A stretch of DNA of 60,857 bases, the filler included, from an uncultured bacterium (GTDB lineage: Bacteria; Hinthialibacterota; Hinthialibacteria; Hinthialibacterales; Hinthialibacteraceae), in NCBI GenBank assembly GCA_964449065.1. It is 6 parts of 6 records of this genome, joined end to end, with 100 filler letters (N's around TTAATTAATTAA, not from the genome) between each part and the next. Parts side by side here need not be neighbours in the genome. Positions count along the whole stretch, not along the records: positions 1 to 10,225 come from CAYVAZ010000185.1; 5 more parts are not named here. One strand, 5' to 3'. Both the position numbers and the translations under genes were made by a program. Below the pieces are notes generated by a model. The model did no database searches. It was not told the origin of the DNA and was given only the letters and a program-made list of their open reading frames with translations. Numbering within the stretch: the first letter of the stretch is position 1; each line of letters starts with the position of its first letter. Below are positions 1-8,755 of this stretch, piece by piece.

Positions 1-280
1 ACGAGCGAGCGCAAGGTATAGTCGAATCAATTATGTGATTGGAGTGATTTTATGGTCTTGGTTAAATTGGATATCGCAGTAGTAGATCAAATATGGATGA
101 GCGAGATAAGCGAGGAATGGTTATGGTTACTGTGGGGTATGGTAATTAAATGCGAAGTGATTTCACTTAAAACGGAACTAAGTCGCCAAAAATCCAACTT
201 TTCGTCCATTTGATGACTATGTGATGACACCACTGAAAATCACAGAAAACATAAAAATCATAAGTCAAGTAAAATCAACC

Positions 281-324
281 CGCGCCGGGAGGGACTCGAA
301 CCCCCAACCGCCTGATCCGAAGTC
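281..324 (-). tRNA. 3' half of a tRNA-Arg(TCG) gene (anticodon loop to acceptor stem); probable att-site remnant, not a functional tRNA
   Basis: Minus strand reads GACTTCGGATCAGGCGGTTGGGGGTTCGAGTCCCTCCCGGCGCG: anticodon loop CT-TCG-GA, T-arm with GTTCGAG, 3' acceptor strand. No D-arm or 5' acceptor strand upstream and no encoded CCA. Confidence 0.85.
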
Positions 325-497
325 GTATAAGTCAAGTATTTGAAGCATGTTGTAATATCAAGAAAGATAACGCAACCTGCTGAAATTGCTTCTGTTACTC
401 CTCCTGTATATTACACTCCTACCTATGCAAAGTCTTGCAATAAAACGCCATTTTCTCCCAGTGGGCTTCCACAATCTGTCCACACCTGGAGGAATTC

Positions 498-935
498 ATG
501 AAAAGAGTATCACTATTCAAACGAGGTCTTACCTGGTGGGTATATTACCGCATCCAGGACCAGCGTGTAAGAAAAAGTTTAGAGACTCATAATAAGAAAA
601 TCGCTCAACGAAAAGCCGAAATCATTGAACAAAAACTTATCAATAATGAACTGAAAGCATTTAAAGGGAGATTGAAACTTTCAGCATTCTGGGACAAATA
701 CCTTCCTCATGCTCAAGCGAACAAACGGCCAAAGACGGTTGATACCGAAACAAGAAATTGGAAGGTGTATTTAAAATGGGTAACTGACCAAAATATTCGC
801 TATATGGATCAAGTCACTCAATCAATGGTTGATTCTTTTAGTTTTTATTTGTTGGCTTTACCAGCCAGCGTTCTTTATCTGCTTGCCACCACCGCTGAAC
901 TTTCTCTTTGTTACTCATGCCAGGTTGATCCTTAA
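498..935 (+). pseudogene. N-terminal fragment of a phage-type tyrosine integrase (arm-binding + SAM-like domains; no catalytic domain)
   Basis: LFKRGLTWWVYYRIQDQRVRKSLET..KKIAQRK then YL..AQANKRPKTV..E is typical of integrase N-termini. Plausible similarity stops near 840, where a convergent gene overlaps. Adjacent to the tRNA fragment. Confidence 0.75.
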
Positions 936-1533
936 AGCGCTTGTTAAATTCCCCATCAGTCAAATGATCAATAACAGGGATAAAATTCTCATCACCTTGA
1001 TTAATCTTTTCCATTACTTTTGGCAGTAATCGAATTCCCAGGTGCTTTATCTTGGTGAGCAATTCTTGTTTTTCTTCCGGCTTAGAAGATTGCTGGTAGG
1101 AAGCGTATAAAGCATTAAATGTTTCAATGTCTTGCTCTTCCCCATTTTCCCACCAATCAATGTATGTATAAAAGAGCGTTTTTTCTCTCTTCATTATTTC
1201 CCATCGAATTTCATCCTCAAATCTTTTTTTACTTATTTTTTTTACTGCGCTCTTAAAACAAGCACCTTCTAATCCTCTACCAACTTTAGGCATATCTTCA
1301 ACGAAAAACGGGATTACTTGAGCCTTGTAATCCATCAACTTTTGGAAAGATTTTAGTTTCATATATGGTTCTAGCGATGAACTAACACTAACACGGAAAT
1401 CGTTTTGTATTTCCTGCTTCCAATCTTCAACTAATGTTTCAAATACAGATTTAGTTAGTGCTTTTTCAGGGCTTTGGGCGGACAGAGGTAAGCAAATAAA
1501 AATCAATAAGAAAAAGATAGTTAAGTTTTTCAT
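838..1533 (-). CDS. Secreted hypothetical protein, predicted helical
   Basis: 231-aa ORF with signal peptide (MKNLTIFFLLIFICLPLSA) and purine-rich RBS; last gene of a three-gene minus-strand run. Confidence 0.75.
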   Translation of the reverse strand: MKNLTIFFLLIFICLPLSAQSPEKALTKSVFETLVEDWKQEIQNDFRVSVSSSLEPYMKLKSFQKLMDYKAQVIPFFVEDMPKVGRGLEGACFKSAVKKISKKRFEDEIRWEIMKREKTLFYTYIDWWENGEEQDIETFNALYASYQQSSKPEEKQELLTKIKHLGIRLLPKVMEKINQGDENFIPVIDHLTDGEFNKRFKDQPGMSNKEKVQRWWQADKERWLVKPTNKN

Positions 1534-1551
1534 GGTTCTCTCCTTGTTTTT

Positions 1552-2145
1552 CTATGTTGCATAATTGCCGTAACATTTGCAGATGTCTCCATATTCTCCA
1601 CCCTCTAATTCACTAGAGCCATGTCTTATCCTTACTTCATGACCTATTTTACTTTCAAAACTACCACCAACTTTTCTATCAGCATGTGTTGGCGTTCCAT
1701 TCTTACAATACAATCGAACCGTAACAACTGAAGAATCACAATCATCCCATGGATAAAGACCATAATTTGCATAATATTGAGTGAAATCACTTACTTCCAT
1801 AACACCATCGTCATCACCTGCTTCATCAACTTCCTCCCATTTCCAGCTATTCGTTATTCCTACACTCCATGCAATGCAATTATAAACAGGTAGGTCTCCA
1901 TCTTCAGGTGTTCTTTCACCAGTCACACATGCAGGTAAACTTAGGTTCGGGAATAAAGAGGGAAAGCCATTGTTCACATCGTTTTCTCTCGCATTGGTAC
2001 ATCTTATGCAACCTGATCCACACGGAGGAGCAGGTGGCGCTGCTTTCAACTCAATTGTATCTGAAAGTATTATTACAAATAAACTCGAAACCATGAGGCA
2101 CGTTGCGAATAAGAATTTCTTTCTGATTAAATTCAAACTCATCAT
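1552..2145 (-). CDS. Secreted Cys-rich protein with YNCIAWS...THA...SKxG motifs (possible papain-like Cys/His fold)
   Basis: Hydrophobic N-terminus; motifs YNCIAWS, PTHADRK, FESKIG, GGEYG; several additional Cys. Confidence 0.6.
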   Translation of the reverse strand: MMSLNLIRKKFLFATCLMVSSLFVIILSDTIELKAAPPAPPCGSGCIRCTNARENDVNNGFPSLFPNLSLPACVTGERTPEDGDLPVYNCIAWSVGITNSWKWEEVDEAGDDDGVMEVSDFTQYYANYGLYPWDDCDSSVVTVRLYCKNGTPTHADRKVGGSFESKIGHEVRIRHGSSELEGGEYGDICKCYGNYAT

Positions 2146-2157
2146 TAATTCCTTCCG

Positions 2158-3552
2158 TTATTTTGCAGTATATTCAATTTCTTTTTTTGCTTGGTCTGCA
2201 TAAGTATTTAGAGGGTATTTCTCAATGATTAATTCAAATTCAGATAATGCTTTCTCGATCTTACCCAGATGAATTAGTGCACGTCCCCGCCAAAAATATG
2301 CGCTCGCTATGTTCTCTTCGACTTGATAACCAAATTGATATTGGGGATCCCGAAAGAAATCAATAAACATCGTATAATTGCTTATGGCTTCATCATATTT
2401 CCCTAAAACAAACAAACTGTAGGCTTTCAGTTGATATGCAGAACCAATGACAGAACGGTGATCCGAGTCAATGAATTCATCTAAAATGTCATCGCAGGCT
2501 TCAATTGTTTTTTCATAGTCTTTATGCTCGCCCTCGAAATATGACTCTGCAACGATCAGACTGGCGCGGCTGCGGATATAACTATTTGCGTTTGGATATT
2601 CAGATAACAATGATTTGCCCAGTTCAGCTACTTCCACGAATCCTTCTAAATCCATACGGGCTAACTCGAGCGAAATCCCTAATAAATTTAACTTCGCCCG
2701 GATTGCTAGCTCGCTGTTTGGATAATGTTCAATGAATGACTCATACGCCTGTTTGGCTTTTTCAACCTGGTAGCGATGATGGCCGCGATAGGTCAGGTGA
2801 TATTGGGTCGCAGCGATATGATAGGCGGCTTCTTCCGCGTGTTCGGAATTTGGAAAGCGTTCCAAAAAGGTTTTGTATGCTTCAATCGCAGAGTCATACG
2901 CCAGTTCTTCTTCGGGTGCGGCTTGGCGCTTATAGTTTCCGCTGGTTTCCGGCAGGCGCTGTTTCGAGCGCATCAAGCCTTCTAAGTAATAGGTCTTTGC
3001 TAACCACAGTTGGGCTTCTTCCGCCTCGACTGGGTCGGGGCTGCGTTCCGCCAGTTGAACCATCGCCTGGATTTGCGGCGTCAATGCAGCGACCAAGTCT
3101 GAGGTTTTGGCGTCCGGTTGCATTTCGGTATTTTTAACGTAATTCACCGCCGTTGACATTTTGGAATGCAATTGTCCACGGTCGCCCAAGCGTTCGGGCA
3201 GCCCGCCCATCGCGTGGAGCGCCTTCTGGGTTTTGAGTTCTCTCACGCGAAGCCCTTTGGCGCTCATTTCTTCCGTCTGCATTTCGACGGGCAACACATG
3301 GCGCCAGCGTTGATTCCAGGCTTCGTTGTTGCCTTCCGGCAGCGCATCTTCAAAGTCGTCAAACCAACCCGAAACCACGACAAACTTTCCGCGATAGAGG
3401 ACGATGTCGCTCCCTTCGGTTTGCAGTTCCATTGCGCCTTCTTCCGTATCTGTCGCGGCAATGATAGTGCGGTAGGCGGTAATGGTACGCGCTTCGCTTG
3501 TGAGCGGAAGCGCGAAAAGCGCAAGAATAATTATGGAGGCGGGTTTTATCAT
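2158..3552 (-). CDS. Secreted tetratricopeptide-repeat (BamD/CpoB-like repeat) protein
   Basis: Signal peptide MIKPASIIILALFALPLTSEA with GGAG RBS; repeated F.E.FPNS / YPNS..A motifs and AYFWRG..L TPR units. Confidence 0.8.
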   Translation of the reverse strand: MIKPASIIILALFALPLTSEARTITAYRTIIAATDTEEGAMELQTEGSDIVLYRGKFVVVSGWFDDFEDALPEGNNEAWNQRWRHVLPVEMQTEEMSAKGLRVRELKTQKALHAMGGLPERLGDRGQLHSKMSTAVNYVKNTEMQPDAKTSDLVAALTPQIQAMVQLAERSPDPVEAEEAQLWLAKTYYLEGLMRSKQRLPETSGNYKRQAAPEEELAYDSAIEAYKTFLERFPNSEHAEEAAYHIAATQYHLTYRGHHRYQVEKAKQAYESFIEHYPNSELAIRAKLNLLGISLELARMDLEGFVEVAELGKSLLSEYPNANSYIRSRASLIVAESYFEGEHKDYEKTIEACDDILDEFIDSDHRSVIGSAYQLKAYSLFVLGKYDEAISNYTMFIDFFRDPQYQFGYQVEENIASAYFWRGRALIHLGKIEKALSEFELIIEKYPLNTYADQAKKEIEYTAK

Positions 3553-3593
3553 AATTTGCTCCTGGTATTGCAATATTGAGCGGTTTGATTCAA

Positions 3594-3620
3594 TTAATCA
3601 AATTTACTAAATTTGATTAA
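3594..3620. promoter_or_regulatory. Perfect palindrome with 13-bp arms, operator-like
   Basis: TTAATCAAATTTA-C-TAAATTTGATTAA, immediately downstream of the predicted -10 of the TPR operon. Confidence 0.6.
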
Positions 3621-3625
3621 ATAAG

Positions 3626-3655
3626 ACCATATCACCCCCCCCCCTTTGTTGTCAA
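3626..3655 (-). promoter_or_regulatory. Sigma70-type promoter with a G10 tract in the spacer
   Basis: Minus strand: TTGACA (3655-3650), 18-nt spacer containing G10 (3644-3635), TGn-TATGGT (3631-3626). Confidence 0.6.
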
Positions 3656-3729
3656 CAAAAATTTGCAAAATAAAATATTAGACTTTTATTAGGGCGTTCA
3701 GGGCGGCGAGGCAAGGCCGAATGAAATGA

Positions 3730-4260
3730 GGGCAGGCCTTTGAGCCCGTCTACGCAGGCGATGAAGACATCGTTGACGCCGCGGTTCTTGAGTTCGGTGA
3801 TGACGCTCAGCCAGAATTTCGCGCCTTCGGCATTCGCGATCCACAGTCCTAAGAGTTCTTTCTCGCCGTCCAGATTGACGCCCAGCGCCAGGTAAACCGT
3901 CTTGTTGCGCACTCGCCCGTCTTGGCGGCTTTTGACCACGATGCCGTCCAAAAAGACGATGGGATAGACGCTGTCCAACGGTCGGCTTTGCCACGCCTTC
4001 ACATCGTCCAGCACGGCGTCGGTGACCTCACTGATGAGACCTTCCGAAACCTCCACGCCGTAGATCTCTTCCAGGTTGCTTTGGATGTCGCGTACGCTCA
4101 TTCCGCGCGCATAAAGAGCGACGATTTTGTCGTCGAAGCCGTCGAAGCGTTTCTGGCGCTTAGGAAGAATCTTGGGTTCGAAGCTGCCGTTGCGGTCGCG
4201 CGGCGTTTGAATGTCGATGGCTTCATCCCGAGTCAGTACCGTCTTTTTGCCGTGTCCATC
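3730..4260 (-). mobile_element. Internal fragment of an IS256-family transposase, truncated at both ends
   Basis: GHGKKTVLT...[10 protein letters not shown]...[15 protein letters not shown]...[17 protein letters not shown]...[33 protein letters not shown] are canonical IS256 motifs; no start, C-terminus or terminal repeats seen. Confidence 0.92.
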
Positions 4261-4286
4261 TTCCTATTCGGCCAATCGAAAACGCT

Positions 4287-7200
4287 TCAATTTTCAAACT
4301 TCAAAAACACAGGATTCTGGTTGACCGCTTCAACTGCCCCCAACGACGAATGATGCACCACCGGCGGAATGATGAAGTGAGCATTGTCCGAACCATCAAT
4401 AACAGGCGAAATCGGTTCGGACGTGAGTTGAACCCATCTCACATGCTCGTGAGTATAGGGCGGCTGAAAGATGAATTTATAAAGATGCGCCGGGCCAGGG
4501 TTGTCTGCGTTGACAGTGAAGCTCATTTCACGCGGCTGCGCCTCGTAGAAATCTTCGGTGCTGTTGATATACCTCCACATCGCACCCCAGCGGGTTCCCT
4601 CTTCGGTTTTCCAGCCGCATCTCATCACCCGTTCCTCAGATAACCCTTGAACCGGTTCTGAATAGTTCGGAAACCAAATTGGGCTTCCCTGACCCAAGCC
4701 AAGTCCCGAAGGGGCATCGCCGGGGTTGGAATGCAAAATCTGGCCGACTTTTTGAATCGCCCGCGGAACGATCGCGCCGTTCTCGTTTCGAAACCAACCC
4801 GTGTCGAAAAACTCCTTACTGCTAATGTGATGGACCCAATACATGCTGTATAGCCATGTCGAGCCTTGTCTGCTTCGCATGGTGGCATCCATCAAAGTCC
4901 GGCGCATGTAATAAACCGCCTGGGTCATTTCATTGGCGCCAAAACATCCATATCGGCTATCTGGATCAGGGCTGAAGCCATATTCGAGGTTCACATAGTC
5001 TGGCTGATATCCGTAGGCATTACAAATATTATCAAGGGTATCAAGACGGTGAATCCACTCTCGGCTTTCAAACTCGTCCACCAAACCTTCGGGTGGAACT
5101 TTACCTGTATACCCATGAATAGAGATCGCTTCAGGAAGAGCGTCGATATCATTGTCTGTATCTTCGAGAACGCCCTGAATAAATCCGTTCAAATAGGCGC
5201 GCGACCAAATGCCATTGTTTTCAAGCCATTGGTTAGAGATGCCGGGGTTGTCGTCGCCTCCGGTAAAATCAAGCGCTCTATGGTTTTCAACACTACCGCT
5301 ATAAAACGCCAAATTTGGCCAGCGAGGTTTGACCGAATTTCGGGCAGCCAGATAATACGCAGAAAAATCACGGCCCGCAAAAAGTTGGTCTTTCTCTTCA
5401 TAGCCCCACTTGCCGTCTTCTTCATTGCCAATTTGTAAACCAATGACGGTTTCACCGACTGTGCCCGGCAATGCGGTTTCAATCATCTCCAACCTGCGTT
5501 GAATCCATGCAGCAAACCCCTGAGGGATGCAATCATAGCGGCGGCTAAACTGCCGAGCGTCTGGGTCCTTCCACCACAAATCCAAGTTCCACCAGCAGGC
5601 GTCGCAACAGGGTTCGCCAGAGTAACCACAAAGCCCAATCGAGCAGTCGATGTCATAGAGTAAATTGTTTACCCCGAAAACCATGATCACTTTCATGTTT
5701 TTCACTTTGGCTTTGTGAATCATGCGAATGTTATCGGCGGGCGATTCCTGAGCGAAATACCGAATGACGTGATAATTATCTGTTTTCATCTGGTCTAAGA
5801 CCAAACCGAGGTTTGATCCAAAAATATTTGACTGTACGGCTGCCCCAAATTGTAGTTCGCCCGGTGGTGGCAGCGTCGGCGTTGGAGTGGGGGCCGACGG
5901 CGCGTCGCCAGTTTCCATTACGACGCGAAAACCGAGAGTCGACCCTTTGAACGTAGAGTTGAGTTTTTCACGGGCAGCACTGCGACACCCTTCACGGGAG
6001 CCTTGCCAAAAACCGCCGCGGGCCGGGTGTATTTGTTCATCCATAAACCCAAACGGGGCAAATTTTTCACTGTCGGTGTAATCACGAGAAAAATCGAGGC
6101 ACCATTCTAACACGTTGCCACTCATGTCATGCAGGTTCCAGCGATTGGGTGATAGAGACCCGACGGGATGGGTTTTGTCGTTGCCTTCGTTGAAAAACTG
6201 CCATGCGTATTGATTGATATCGTCGAGGCTGTCGCCCCAATAAAACCGGGTATGCGAACCAGCGCGACAGGCGTACTCCCACTCGGCTTCAGTCGGCAGG
6301 CGAAAGCGCCGTCCGGTCAGTTCTGACAGGTTCTGAGTAAATTCCTGCACGTCAAACCAGTCAACCGTCTCAACGGGCAGGTCAGGGTTCCCTCGAAACT
6401 GTGACGGGTTCGTGTTCATGACGGCTGTCCATTGCGCCTGAGTGATCTCAAAAACGCCCATATAAAATTCGTCGGGAATGGTCACGACGTGGCGCGGCTC
6501 TTCCGATTGCTCGCGTGCGGCGTCAGAGACATCGCTGCCCATACGAAACGTTCCTGCAGGCAAACGGATTAAACGAAGAGACTTTGCACTGGCTTCTAAA
6601 CCATCCAGCGGGATCGTCACTAGATCGCCTGCTTCAGAATCTTGGGGTGGTAATGTCGGTGTTGGAGTTGGCGTCGGCAAGACTGAGTCGGCGTCCAATA
6701 CAATTCGCAACCCGACGCTGAGAGTTCGAAAGCCCGGTTCGAGTGGGTCTCGGGCTGCGCTGCGGCAACCATCGGGAACCGACTGCCACCATCCGCCGCG
6801 TATAATGCGCTGGGTTCCGGTCTCAGGCCCGGCGGGATCAATCAGATCATTTCCTGTGTATGGACCATACCAGTCAGTACACCACTCGAACAGATTTCCG
6901 CCCATGTCAAACAGGCTCCAGGCGTTCGGCGCCTTACTGCCCACGGCCTGAGACTGGTTGTTAGAATTAAAGAGATACACTGCATGTTGATCTATTAACG
7001 ACGCGTCTCCCCAATAGTAGTCCGTTTGCGTCCCTGCACGACAAGCGTATTCCCATTCGGCTTCGGTGGGTAAGCGAAACTGCCCAAATCCACGTTCGCT
7101 CAAACTCGACAAAAAAGCCTGCGCATCGCTATACGCGACCGAATCTACTGGCAGGTTTGGGCCGCCCTGGTTGACGGATGGGTTCTCCCCCAACACCGCC

Positions 7201-7739
7201 TGCCATTGGGCTTGCGTTACTTCATGTGAACTCATCCAGAACGAACGGCTGATCGTCACAGAGCGTTGTGGGGATTCGTCTCCCTCAGCCCCACCCATAA
7301 TAAAAGTTCCAGAGGGAATATAAGCCATGACAAGTGGGTTGGCGCCATTGGGCATGCCAGCCAACTGGATTTCAATGGTCTCTCCAGGGTTCGGCGCCGG
7401 CGTCGCAGTATGAGTAGGCTCTGGCGTCGGCGTCTCGGTCGGCAGAGGCGTCTCGGTCGATGTAGGAGGAACTGGAGTGAATGTGGGGCTTGGGGTTATT
7501 GTTGGCGTTATAGTCGGCGGAGCTGGCGTGTAAGTGGGCGCCGGGGTCGGCGTCGGCGGAGGCAAAAAGACAATTTCTGGTGCTTGACCAATCTTGTATA
7601 TTTCGCTGACTTGGCCCTCTGAATGAAACTCATCAATCCAGATCCCCATGACCAAATCAATGGTTGGCGATGTGAACGAAAACAATGCAATAGCCGCCGC
7701 TATGAAAAATAAAGAAACAATGATTAATGAACGCTTCAT
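4287..7739 (-). CDS. Secreted or membrane-anchored protein: Pro/Thr linker, two FGE-sulfatase-like (SUMF1/CLec-fold) domains, C-terminal clan GH-A-like TIM barrel
   Basis: Two RLPTEAEWEYACRAG...DM.GN..EWC.D...RGG.W...G.R.V units; C-terminal LQIGNEE, ISIHGY, VNLEYG. ATG at 7739 overlaps the upstream TGA (ATGA). Confidence 0.8.
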   Translation of the reverse strand: MKRSLIIVSLFFIAAAIALFSFTSPTIDLVMGIWIDEFHSEGQVSEIYKIGQAPEIVFLPPPTPTPAPTYTPAPPTITPTITPSPTFTPVPPTSTETPLPTETPTPEPTHTATPAPNPGETIEIQLAGMPNGANPLVMAYIPSGTFIMGGAEGDESPQRSVTISRSFWMSSHEVTQAQWQAVLGENPSVNQGGPNLPVDSVAYSDAQAFLSSLSERGFGQFRLPTEAEWEYACRAGTQTDYYWGDASLIDQHAVYLFNSNNQSQAVGSKAPNAWSLFDMGGNLFEWCTDWYGPYTGNDLIDPAGPETGTQRIIRGGWWQSVPDGCRSAARDPLEPGFRTLSVGLRIVLDADSVLPTPTPTPTLPPQDSEAGDLVTIPLDGLEASAKSLRLIRLPAGTFRMGSDVSDAAREQSEEPRHVVTIPDEFYMGVFEITQAQWTAVMNTNPSQFRGNPDLPVETVDWFDVQEFTQNLSELTGRRFRLPTEAEWEYACRAGSHTRFYWGDSLDDINQYAWQFFNEGNDKTHPVGSLSPNRWNLHDMSGNVLEWCLDFSRDYTDSEKFAPFGFMDEQIHPARGGFWQGSREGCRSAAREKLNSTFKGSTLGFRVVMETGDAPSAPTPTPTLPPPGELQFGAAVQSNIFGSNLGLVLDQMKTDNYHVIRYFAQESPADNIRMIHKAKVKNMKVIMVFGVNNLLYDIDCSIGLCGYSGEPCCDACWWNLDLWWKDPDARQFSRRYDCIPQGFAAWIQRRLEMIETALPGTVGETVIGLQIGNEEDGKWGYEEKDQLFAGRDFSAYYLAARNSVKPRWPNLAFYSGSVENHRALDFTGGDDNPGISNQWLENNGIWSRAYLNGFIQGVLEDTDNDIDALPEAISIHGYTGKVPPEGLVDEFESREWIHRLDTLDNICNAYGYQPDYVNLEYGFSPDPDSRYGCFGANEMTQAVYYMRRTLMDATMRSRQGSTWLYSMYWVHHISSKEFFDTGWFRNENGAIVPRAIQKVGQILHSNPGDAPSGLGLGQGSPIWFPNYSEPVQGLSEERVMRCGWKTEEGTRWGAMWRYINSTEDFYEAQPREMSFTVNADNPGPAHLYKFIFQPPYTHEHVRWVQLTSEPISPVIDGSDNAHFIIPPVVHHSSLGAVEAVNQNPVFLKFEN

Positions 7740-8461
7740 TGAGAAATTGTCTTCCAATCTTCGATTCTTGAATCGTGTTGTAATTGAGGGGAATGAATTT
7801 CAATCCGGTCGGCCACCATCTGGATGGGCGTTGGCGGAGCAATGGCTGAGATGGACTGAAGCATAAGCGAAATTGTGAAGTCTTTCAGTGAGACATTAAA
7901 TTCACCCAACAATATAGGTTCTTGCTCATCTTTGATTGAATAAACGGTGAGTTGCGACTTTGTTACTTCGACCTGAAACCCATAGGATTCAGCGGGGTTC
8001 ACAAGTTTTCGATTCCATTCGATCAAGTTGCCTTCTGCATCGGTTGGAATTGGAACCCCATTCTTCAACACGACGACTCGATTGATGGCTTGTTGGGTAA
8101 CCAAACATACCATGATGTGAGTGGTTCCATCATGGAACAGAAGGCCGCGGTATTGGGCGCCATTGGGAACAAACGCATATTCATTGAGCGGGTCTACATG
8201 AAGAGTCGCGCGAACATCAGCCTGTTGAAACTTTCCGTCTTCTGCCGTGCTGGGGAGGGAAACCGCGATGTTGGCGCCTTCAAGAACAAGAAATTCATTA
8301 TCGGCATAATACGCCCGCCCGGAGTCGATTTCATCAGTATTAATTTGCTGAGGAAGAGGGTGGCCTTGTGCAAATACATCGGCGCTGCCAATCAACAAAT
8401 AAACACAAGTACACAGATTGAATTCTCTAAAAAAAGAAAGTCGTATTCCCTGGGAGAACAT
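7736..8461 (-). CDS. Hypothetical, probably secreted beta-rich protein
   Basis: ORF translationally coupled to the FGE gene; hydrophobic segment ending VFA-QG; start uncertain (8461 or 8527). Confidence 0.6.
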   Translation of the reverse strand: MFSQGIRLSFFREFNLCTCVYLLIGSADVFAQGHPLPQQINTDEIDSGRAYYADNEFLVLEGANIAVSLPSTAEDGKFQQADVRATLHVDPLNEYAFVPNGAQYRGLLFHDGTTHIMVCLVTQQAINRVVVLKNGVPIPTDAEGNLIEWNRKLVNPAESYGFQVEVTKSQLTVYSIKDEQEPILLGEFNVSLKDFTISLMLQSISAIAPPTPIQMVADRIEIHSPQLQHDSRIEDWKTISQ

Positions 8462-8755
8462 ACCATCATCACCGATCTGAGAGTTCGTTTTTTTTTCAGA
8501 ACCTGCCAAATAAATACCAATAAGCATACTAGAAAAAAATGCTCTGTATTAAGAGGCTCAATTCTTAATACAGTGCATGCGTGCATTGGACTCCGTTTTT
8601 TCTCTACAGAGTCGAATGAGTCCTATCAGAATCTAGCGCTCGAAATAGAGCGGTTTATATTGAAACGCCTCGTCCAAGACATACACTTCAAGTCGGTCGA
8701 TGAGAGCAAAACGAATAGAGCAATCTTTTACGTCGTTTACACTAATATTTTGCAT

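Noticed and set aside
281..324. Complete functional tRNA-Arg
   Set aside because: The D-arm, 5' acceptor strand and most of the 5' anticodon stem are absent.
4287..7739. Diversity-generating retroelement target (FGE/CLec domains are common DGR targets)
   Set aside because: No reverse transcriptase and no template repeat with adenine-specific mismatches in the window; the two domains differ throughout. A remote DGR cannot be excluded.
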